NCBI GenBank assembly: GCA_047601445.1
Contig: JASGJH010000001.1
Location: 4,320,001 to 4,384,000 of the forward strand
Length of the DNA: 64,000 nucleotides
Source: Myxococcales bacterium
Lineage (GTDB): Bacteria > Myxococcota_A > Polyangia > Polyangiales > DASUME01
Direction of reading: 5' to 3'
Shown here: positions 52,922 to 60,163 of the stretch, piece by piece
How positions within the stretch are numbered: position 1 is the first letter of the stretch
How the letters are laid out: the number at the start of each line of letters is the position of its first letter
Position numbers and translations under genes: made by a program
The notes under the pieces: generated by a model
Database searches by the model: none
Told to the model about the DNA's origin: nothing
The model's input: the letters and a program-made list of their open reading frames with translations, nothing else

Positions 52922-54184
52922 ATGACAGATCTGACGGAGTTCCTGGATTTGCTCGCAGGTGATCCCCGGCTGCGCTCGGAGTTCGCCGCGGCACCGGCCG
53001 CGACACTCGCGCGCGCTGGTGTGAACACCGAAGGGCTCGAGCTTCCAGAACGCATGGATCTCGGGGATCTGGAAGAGCGCCTGAGCACGCTCGCTGAGGT
53101 TAGCGAAACCAGCCCGGTTGTCGCCGCAGCGTCGAGCGGCTTGCACACGCCGGTCTGGTCGGGCGCCGCCGCAGAGACAGCAGTTCCCGAAGCCTCACGG
53201 CGCCGGTTGCGCCGCGGGCGGCCGCTTCCTGGCATACATTGTCCGTCAAGACTCGAGAGCCGCCGTGAGGACGACTCGCGGGAGGCCGACGGTTCCTCCA
53301 ACCGTGGTGTCTCTCCTTTCAGGGGCGACGGTGAGGTCAAGAATCACCGCGCGGACGCCGGCCGAAAGCCATCAAAGGTCGAGAAGACTGCGGTCACCGA
53401 GGCGACGCCGTCGCTCAAGGGCGCATCGGAGGCCCCCCTGCCGGGCGCGTGGTTCGCGACGAACGGCACCGCGATCAGTCGCGCGCTCAGCATTCGTCCG
53501 CAGGGAGTCTCGATGGTGTCCGAGGCAATCTTCGGTCAGGACGATCGGCAGCACGTCCCCGATGCTTCAGCGCCACCCTACAGCTGGTTGTGCGCGCTCG
53601 TGATCACCGCTGGCAATGGTACCCGCTGGTTCGGCACCGGCTGGCTCGCAGGGCCGCGGCTCGTCGTCACTGCCGGACATTGTGTCTTCATGCCGACGCA
53701 GGGTGGGTGGGCTCGCGAGATCACGGTTCTGCCGGGTAGAAATGGCGCTTTGACCGAGCCGCGTATCCGCGCAAGCCAGTTTCACTCCGTGGAAGGCTGG
53801 GTAGTCAATGGACGGTCCGAGGTCGACTACGGAGCCATCGTACTGCCCGAGGGCTCGCTCGCGGCTGACTGGGGCTACTTCGGCTACGGCGCGCTCGACG
53901 ATGGCGAGCTGCTTGAGTCGCTTTTCAACATAGCCGGATATCCGATCGACAAGGAGCAGGGAACGCTGTGGGCTCAGGTCAACAATCTTCTGACGCTTTC
54001 AGGGGAAGTACTGATCTACGAGAATGACACCTACGGCGGCATGAGCGGATGTCCCGTCATTCGGTGGGACGAGTTGGACTACGTAGCTGTCGGAATCCAC
54101 AACTACGGTGACCTCGTAGGCAACCGCGCAACACGCATCAATCAATCCGTCTTCGACAACATCAATTTCTGGAAGACCTTGTGA
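52922..54184 (+). CDS. V8-like glutamyl endopeptidase (S1B) with an N-terminal NHLP-leader-like domain
   Basis: Catalytic TAGHC / DYG / DTYGGMSG; VGIH; mature-type start E-AIFGQDDR. N-terminus FLDLLAGDPRLRSEFAAAPAATLARAGV. No signal peptide. Confidence 0.85.
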   Translation: MTDLTEFLDLLAGDPRLRSEFAAAPAATLARAGVNTEGLELPERMDLGDLEERLSTLAEVSETSPVVAAASSGLHTPVWSGAAAETAVPEASRRRLRRGRPLPGIHCPSRLESRREDDSREADGSSNRGVSPFRGDGEVKNHRADAGRKPSKVEKTAVTEATPSLKGASEAPLPGAWFATNGTAISRALSIRPQGVSMVSEAIFGQDDRQHVPDASAPPYSWLCALVITAGNGTRWFGTGWLAGPRLVVTAGHCVFMPTQGGWAREITVLPGRNGALTEPRIRASQFHSVEGWVVNGRSEVDYGAIVLPEGSLAADWGYFGYGALDDGELLESLFNIAGYPIDKEQGTLWAQVNNLLTLSGEVLIYENDTYGGMSGCPVIRWDELDYVAVGIHNYGDLVGNRATRINQSVFDNINFWKTL

Positions 54185-54197
54185 CAAGGAGCGGCCT

Positions 54198-55040
54198 GTG
54201 AACATTTACATTTGGGATGACGACACCACCGCAACCTCCACGCCCGAAGCTGGCTCGCTCAAAGCCACGCCCAACAGCGCGATGGCGACTGTCGCAGGCA
54301 CGATCGCCCGCCCAGGAGGGAGCGCAGCGTTCCTCGACATCCACTACCACGGAAAGGAAGGCATCTCCTCGCTGCCCTCGGCCACTGGTGCGGTCGCACG
54401 CCCGGGAGGCAGCGCGGCGTTCCTCGACATCCACTACCACGGAAAGGAAGGCATCTCCTCGCTGCCTGCGGCTGCGGCACGCCCAGAGGCCGGCGCAGCA
54501 GTCTCTGCCAGCAGCCTGGGCCGCGCAGCGGTCGCTGCACCGATACGCCCGGGAGGCAGCGCGGCGTTCCTCGACATCCACTACCACGGAAAGGAAGGCA
54601 TCTCCTCGCTGCCCTCGGCCACTGGTGCGGTCGCACGCCCGGGAGGCAGCGCGGCGTTCCTCGACATCCACTACCACGGAAAGGAAGGCATCTCCTCGCT
54701 GCCTGCGGCTACGGCACGCCCAGAGGCCGGCGCAGCAGTCTCTGCCAGCAGCCTGGGCCGCGCAGCGGTCGCTGCACCGACACGCCCGGGAGGCAGCGCG
54801 GCGTTCCTCGACATCCACTACCACGGAAAGGAAGGCATCTCCTCGCTGCCCTCGGCCACTGGTGCGGTCGCACGCCCGGGAGGCAGCGCGGCGTTCCTCG
54901 ACATCCACTACCACGGAAAGGAAGGCATCTCCTCGCTGCCTGCGGCTACGGCACGCCCAGAGGCCGGCGCGGACACCGGTGAGCCGTCCTCCGGCTCGCT
55001 ACACATCGGCGCGTCCCTCGACATTCATTTCGTGGGTTGA
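54198..55040 (+). CDS. Putative multicore RiPP precursor peptide (6 x RPGGSAAFLDIHYHGKEGISSLP)
   Basis: RBS AAGGAG at 54186-54191, GTG start 13 nt after the protease stop, stop overlapping the next gene (TTGA). Sits between the protease and three radical-SAM genes. Confidence 0.8.
   Translation: MNIYIWDDDTTATSTPEAGSLKATPNSAMATVAGTIARPGGSAAFLDIHYHGKEGISSLPSATGAVARPGGSAAFLDIHYHGKEGISSLPAAAARPEAGAAVSASSLGRAAVAAPIRPGGSAAFLDIHYHGKEGISSLPSATGAVARPGGSAAFLDIHYHGKEGISSLPAATARPEAGAAVSASSLGRAAVAAPTRPGGSAAFLDIHYHGKEGISSLPSATGAVARPGGSAAFLDIHYHGKEGISSLPAATARPEAGADTGEPSSGSLHIGASLDIHFVG
54309..54970 (+). repeat. Higher-order tandem repeat: 237-bp unit x ~2.8, each with two 69-bp cores
   Basis: Cores start at 54309, 54399, 54546, 54636, 54783 and 54873 (alternating 90/147-bp spacing) and are near-identical at DNA level. 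Confidence 0.95.
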
Positions 55041-57046
55041 TCGTGGCGGCGCCGACGATTGCGCTCGTCAGCATGCCGTTCAATGTCACCGTCATGCCGC
55101 CGATCGGGCTTGGAACCCTTAGCGCAATATTGCGTGAGGCTGGCCTGCCCTGCACGACATATCACCAGAACCTCGAGCTGCTACCGTGGCTTGGGGTGCC
55201 TCTCAATGAGGCTTCGGAGATCTTTGATGAGATCAGCTATCTGTGGGACTTCTTGCCTGGAGAATGGCTATTCTCGCCGCAGGTCTCGGCTGAACAGGAC
55301 GCCGCATACCTGCGGTCGCTCGACGAGGACGCCGGCGTGCGCCCGCAGCTCATCGAAGTTCTTGCCCAGCTGCGCAGGATCGCTCCGCATTTCATCGCGC
55401 GCTGCGCAAGCCAGATCGCTGACGCTGGGCATGACATCGTCGGCTTCACGAGCTCATTCATGCAGACCCAGCCGAGCCTCGCAGTGGCCCGGCACCTCAA
55501 GCAGCTGCGGCCGGAAGTAACGATCCTCTTTGGCGGCTCCAATGCCTTTGGGACCATGGGCCGCGCCGTGCTCGAATACTGCGATGCCATCGATGTGGTC
55601 GCCCACGGTGAAGCCGACCGCCTAATCGTCCCACTTGTGCACGCCTTGCGCGAAGGCACCAGCCTGCGGCAGCTACAAGGCATCTCCTATCGCGACGTCT
55701 CGGGCATCGTCGACCAGTCCGTCGACTCGACGCGCGTGGCGATGGACGACCTACCGGTCCCTGATTTCGATGACTACTTTTGCACTCTCGATCGGCTACG
55801 GAGAGACCATCGCCAGCCGCTGGATCTCCCGCGCTTCGTGCCCATCGAGACCGCACGCGGATGCTGGTGGGGCGAACGATCGCATTGCACCTTCTGCGGC
55901 CTCAACGCTGACCGCATGCGGTTCCGATCCAAATCGCCCGAGCGTGCGCTGCATGACTTCCGCGACCTCTACCGTCGATACGGGGTCGGCAACTTTTTCG
56001 CTGTCGACAACATCATTGATCACAAGTATTTCGACACTGTCCTCGCGAGTCTCGCCGAACAGCGTGAGCGCTTCTTCATCCACTACGAGATCAAGGCAAA
56101 CCTCTCGCGCAAGCAGGTCGAGTCGCTGTACGCAGCAGGGGTTCACAAGATCCAGCCGGGAATCGAGAGCCTGTCCACACCGGTGCTCAAGCTCATGCGC
56201 AAGGGTATCACTGCCCTGCAGAACATCCAGACGCTCCGCTGGCTCACGGAGCACGGCCTGCGGACCTCCTGGTACATGCTGTATGGCTTCCCCGGCGAGA
56301 ATCTAGCCGCGTACAAGGAGGTCGCGAATCTCCTGCCGCGCCTCACGCATATCGTACCGCCAAATGAGCTAGCGCCGGTCTACATCGAGCGCTTCAGCCC
56401 ATACCAGATGAGACCAGACCAGTACGGGATCCGGCTGACCGGTCCGGCGCGGTGGTATCGGCATGCCTTCCCCGGCATCGGTGACGATCAGCTCGCCGAG
56501 TTAGCCTATCGCTTTGAATACGAGGAGCCGGGCCGTGATCCCGCGCTCACCCGCTTCATCGAGCACGAGCTGCGGCCATTGCTGACCGCGTGGCAACGGC
56601 GCTACGCCGCTGAAGGGCCCACACTTGGCGTCATCCACGGCCCCGAAGAGTCGCTGCTGGTGCTAGGCCGCCTCACAAATCCGATTCGGGTGTTGCGGCT
56701 GGACGCACCCGTCGCTGCGGTGCTGCGGGCAGCGGATCAAATCGTCTCCGCAACGACGCTCGACAAACTCGGCGACGGCCCGGTCGGCGCAGTTAACGGT
56801 CCGATGCTTGACGAGGCTGACTACCATGTCGCGGTGCGGCGTCTCGCCGGCCGGGGCTTGTCCCTGGAAACGTCGACGCCAACGCCACTAGACCTGCGAG
56901 GCGCGGCACTGGTAGCGAAACTTGAGACACTAGGGCTTGTGTTGCAAGAGGGTAACCGAGTGCTGTCGCTTCCAATCAATTTGTCCCGCGTCGTCGAGCG
57001 CCAGAACGCGGCCGCGGTGCCGTTGGTGTCCAGTGCTGCCTACTAG
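55037..57046 (+). CDS. RiPP maturation radical-SAM C-methyltransferase (B12-dependent, class B) #1
   Basis: LVSMPF...PPIGLGTL, GEWLFS, VGFTSSFMQ, ETARGCWWGERSHCTFCGLN (CX7CX2C), IQPGIESLS. Confidence 0.92.
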   Translation: MIVAAPTIALVSMPFNVTVMPPIGLGTLSAILREAGLPCTTYHQNLELLPWLGVPLNEASEIFDEISYLWDFLPGEWLFSPQVSAEQDAAYLRSLDEDAGVRPQLIEVLAQLRRIAPHFIARCASQIADAGHDIVGFTSSFMQTQPSLAVARHLKQLRPEVTILFGGSNAFGTMGRAVLEYCDAIDVVAHGEADRLIVPLVHALREGTSLRQLQGISYRDVSGIVDQSVDSTRVAMDDLPVPDFDDYFCTLDRLRRDHRQPLDLPRFVPIETARGCWWGERSHCTFCGLNADRMRFRSKSPERALHDFRDLYRRYGVGNFFAVDNIIDHKYFDTVLASLAEQRERFFIHYEIKANLSRKQVESLYAAGVHKIQPGIESLSTPVLKLMRKGITALQNIQTLRWLTEHGLRTSWYMLYGFPGENLAAYKEVANLLPRLTHIVPPNELAPVYIERFSPYQMRPDQYGIRLTGPARWYRHAFPGIGDDQLAELAYRFEYEEPGRDPALTRFIEHELRPLLTAWQRRYAAEGPTLGVIHGPEESLLVLGRLTNPIRVLRLDAPVAAVLRAADQIVSATTLDKLGDGPVGAVNGPMLDEADYHVAVRRLAGRGLSLETSTPTPLDLRGAALVAKLETLGLVLQEGNRVLSLPINLSRVVERQNAAAVPLVSSAAY

Positions 57047-59006
57047 TGCCCATAGCCTGCGGGTCGCGCTGGTCGAGATGCCGTTCGGGCCCGTGGCATG
57101 GCCGTCGATAGGCACCTCGGTACTCAAGCCGCAGCTGGCGCGGCGCGGCCACCGCGCCGAAGTTGTGTACCTCAACCAACTCATGCTCGAGCTCCTTGGG
57201 CCGCCGGACTCGGACACGGTTGGGCGATACCAGGCTATCTCAGACGCGTTCGGTGTTCATCTCGGCGAGTGGGTATTCGCCCGTGCCGCGTTCCCCGACT
57301 GCCGAGACCAGGCGGCACTCGATGACGAGTACCTCTCGCGGCTACGGACCGGCGGTTTCGATGCGGCGACGTTGTCGGCAGCCCTCGACCTTCGCGACCG
57401 CGCTGATGAGTTTCTGACCCGATGCCTTGCCGAAGTGCCGTGGTCCGACCTCGACGTAGTCGGCTTTGCCAACTCCTACTCTCAGCTCAACGCATCGCTA
57501 GCGCTCGCGCGACTGCTGAGCATGAGCTTCCCCGCGCTGCGCCTCATCATCGGCGGCTGCGGCTGCGCCGACGTCATGGGTGTGGCCACGTTGCGCGTAT
57601 GCGAGCACCTGTGCGCCGCAGTGCTGGGCGAAGGCGACGAGATCATCGCCGACCTCGCGGAGGCGGTCGTCAGCAACGACGAGGCGCGACTGCGCGCGAT
57701 ACCGGGCATCGCGTTTCGAAGTCACACCGGCAAGATTGAGCTCGGTGCACCTCAACGCCGCGTCACGGATCTCGACGCGCTCCCGGTGCCCGACTATAGC
57801 GATTACAGCCGCAATCTTGCGCCCGCACTCCGAACGTTCCTGCCTTTCTACATTCCCGTCGAGGCATCGCGCGGCTGCTGGTGGGGTGCGAAGCACCATT
57901 GCACATTTTGCGGACTCAACCCGCAGCGCATCTCCTACGCGCGTAAGGAACCGGCCCGTTTTCTCGCCGAGATCGCGACGCTTACGGCAACCTACCAGCC
58001 GCGCCGCTTTATGGCAGTCGACAACATCATGCCGCACGACTACCACACCGCGGTCATCCCAGAGCTGACTGAAAGCTCTGGAGGAGCCGAGTTCTTCTTC
58101 GAAGTGAAAGCCAACTTTCGCCGCGAGCAGCTCGAGGCTTTCACCCGCGCCAACGTGCGACAGATCCAACCCGGCATCGAAAGCCTGCGCACCCCGGTGC
58201 TGAAGCTGATGGAAAAGGGCACGACGGCGATCGCCAACGTCTACACGCTGCGTTTGTGCGAAGACCTCGGTGTGCGTGCCCACTGGTCTATCCTCTTCGG
58301 CTTCGCTGGCGAGACCCTCGACGACTACCGTGTCTCGAGTGAGCTCACCAGGCGCATTATGCATCTGCGGCCGCCGCTGGCGCTGGTGCCGGTTGAAGTC
58401 GAGCGCTTCTCACCGATGTACCGACGACCCGCCGAGCATGGGCTCACCGGTCTACGCCCCTCGACTTGGTACTACTTCTGTCACCCCGTCTCAGCGGAGG
58501 TGCTGGCAGACTTATCCTATCGCTTCGTCGCCGACTTCGTCGGCCGTCCGGCAGAGCTATCAAGCTCCATTACTACGATGCTGGAGCCGCTCGTAGAGCG
58601 TTGGCGAGCAAGCTACGGCGACGGTGCCCAGGCCCTGTGGACGCCGGCCGGGCGGAACCACGAGGTACGGCGCCGGGTCGGTGGCGAGGAATGGCGTTAC
58701 ATTCTCGACACGGTGTGTACGGCGCTGCTCGATGAACTGGACGAGCCGCGCGGCCTACGCGCCCTTTTCCCCCAAGCCGCGACCACCCTTCACGAACCGT
58801 ATCTCGATCCCGAGTTTCTGCGTACGGCCTCGTCAGCGATGTACGAGCGCGAGGTCACTCTGCGCGCCTCTTCGAAGGTTGACGCATACCAGCAGCTCCT
58901 ACGTCACGGACTGATCGTCCAGGAAAGCGGCCACGCGGTTAGTGTCGTTTGCCGGCGGAAGCCCTCTGCGCGGCGCGAGCTGCGCGTGCTCGCCGCAGAA
59001 CCGTAA
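57033..59006 (+). CDS. RiPP maturation radical-SAM C-methyltransferase (B12-dependent, class B) #2
   Basis: LVEMPF...PSIGTSVLK, GEWVFA, EASRGCWWGAKHHCTFCGLN (CX7CX2C), IQPGIESL. GTG start at 57033 inferred from overlap with the previous stop. Confidence 0.92.
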   Translation: MLPTSAHSLRVALVEMPFGPVAWPSIGTSVLKPQLARRGHRAEVVYLNQLMLELLGPPDSDTVGRYQAISDAFGVHLGEWVFARAAFPDCRDQAALDDEYLSRLRTGGFDAATLSAALDLRDRADEFLTRCLAEVPWSDLDVVGFANSYSQLNASLALARLLSMSFPALRLIIGGCGCADVMGVATLRVCEHLCAAVLGEGDEIIADLAEAVVSNDEARLRAIPGIAFRSHTGKIELGAPQRRVTDLDALPVPDYSDYSRNLAPALRTFLPFYIPVEASRGCWWGAKHHCTFCGLNPQRISYARKEPARFLAEIATLTATYQPRRFMAVDNIMPHDYHTAVIPELTESSGGAEFFFEVKANFRREQLEAFTRANVRQIQPGIESLRTPVLKLMEKGTTAIANVYTLRLCEDLGVRAHWSILFGFAGETLDDYRVSSELTRRIMHLRPPLALVPVEVERFSPMYRRPAEHGLTGLRPSTWYYFCHPVSAEVLADLSYRFVADFVGRPAELSSSITTMLEPLVERWRASYGDGAQALWTPAGRNHEVRRRVGGEEWRYILDTVCTALLDELDEPRGLRALFPQAATTLHEPYLDPEFLRTASSAMYEREVTLRASSKVDAYQQLLRHGLIVQESGHAVSVVCRRKPSARRELRVLAAEP

Positions 59007-59020
59007 CTCAGGAGGTAACG

Positions 59021-60079
59021 ATGGAGTCCGCAGTCCTTCTCACCACGATGCGCTGCAACATTCGCTGCGAGCACTGCTCGGTCGATTCCCACCCACACAG
59101 ACAGGAGCGCCTCGATCAGGCGCGCGCCCTCTCGCTCGTCGACGGCCTCAGCCGCATTCCTGGCCTCCGCTACATCGACGTAACCGGCGGCGAACCCATG
59201 CTCCACGCTGACGACGTCATTGCCATCGCTCGCGCAGCCCGCGCCCGTGGCAAGGCCGTTCGCCTGGTCAGCAACGGGTTTTGGGCCCACACGGTCGAGC
59301 GCGCCCGGGACACGCTGGTTGCTCTCAAGAATGCCGGGGTAACGTCAGTCGGACTGTCCGTCGACGAGTGGCACCTGCCCTTCATTCCACCGTCGACGAT
59401 TCACAACTACCTCGTTGCCTGCCGCGACGTTGGTCTCCTCCCCCTCCTCTCGTGCGTAGTCGCCGCCAGCGTGGGCGACGGAGATTGGCCGGCGAAGGTG
59501 ATCGAACTGCTTGCCCGTTACGGGATCGAACGCAGTTCCTGCGTCGAGCTGTACGCCTGGAGCCAGGGGCGCGAGTCCGACGCCGACGAGCGGGATGCGC
59601 GGGCCGGCGTAGTCCTCATCAACTGGCAGTTCCTTACGGGCGAGGGCCGCGCCCGCGACCTCGGTGTCCCGTCCCAGCCCATCAATGTTGCGCCAGACGA
59701 GCCGTGCCGCATGGCCGGCCGCCTCCCAACCATCGACGAGGCCGGTCGGCTCTTCCCCTGCTGCTCGCCATGGATTTCGCGCAAAGCCCACGCCCTCGCC
59801 GTCGTTACCGGCGACGATGTGCCGAGCGCCGTCGCCGCCATGCAACGCGAGCCCCTCGTCCAGGTCATCCATCGCATCGGTCCGCGCGCCATGCTCGAAG
59901 AGCTTCGTCGTCGAGGTTGGGCCCTCCCACACAACCAATCCGGCATTTGCAACCAGTGCGGCGTCATGCTCGACGCCGTCCCGCTCGCCGTCCTTCGCGA
60001 GGTCGCCGCCGAGCTCCTCCACGCCCGCGTCACGGTTGCCCTTGGCCTCCAGCCACGCACCAACCCGCCCCGCGCCTAA
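59021..60079 (+). CDS. Radical-SAM enzyme, YydG/EpeE peptide-epimerase-like
   Basis: RBS AGGAGG; CNIRCEHC; TGGEP; LVSNGFW; SVDEWHLPFI; GRLFPCCSP; ICNQC. Confidence 0.8.
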   Translation: MESAVLLTTMRCNIRCEHCSVDSHPHRQERLDQARALSLVDGLSRIPGLRYIDVTGGEPMLHADDVIAIARAARARGKAVRLVSNGFWAHTVERARDTLVALKNAGVTSVGLSVDEWHLPFIPPSTIHNYLVACRDVGLLPLLSCVVAASVGDGDWPAKVIELLARYGIERSSCVELYAWSQGRESDADERDARAGVVLINWQFLTGEGRARDLGVPSQPINVAPDEPCRMAGRLPTIDEAGRLFPCCSPWISRKAHALAVVTGDDVPSAVAAMQREPLVQVIHRIGPRAMLEELRRRGWALPHNQSGICNQCGVMLDAVPLAVLREVAAELLHARVTVALGLQPRTNPPRA

Positions 60080-60163
60080 TCACAAAAGGCTCGAACCAAG
60101 AATTCACCCTGGCGGACCGCTTCAGGCCAAAGCGCGTCCCCCTTGGCGCGCTGACCATGGAGC

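Noticed and set aside
54309..54970. Repeat array as a CRISPR array
   Set aside because: Repeats are 69 bp, the spacers are themselves repeated, all periods are multiples of 3 within an RBS-bearing ORF, and no cas genes are present.
54162..55122. Alternative frames over the repeat (54217-55122 +, 54162-54914 -) as the real gene
   Set aside because: They lack the RBS and translational coupling of 54198-55040 and give Arg/Ser-rich shadow translations; they stay open only because the repeat is in phase.
56937..57032. ORF-track 5' extensions of rSAM #2 (56937) and rSAM #3 (58949)
   Set aside because: They overlap upstream genes extensively. Homology to paralog #1 begins near 57033-57060, and a strong RBS supports 59021.
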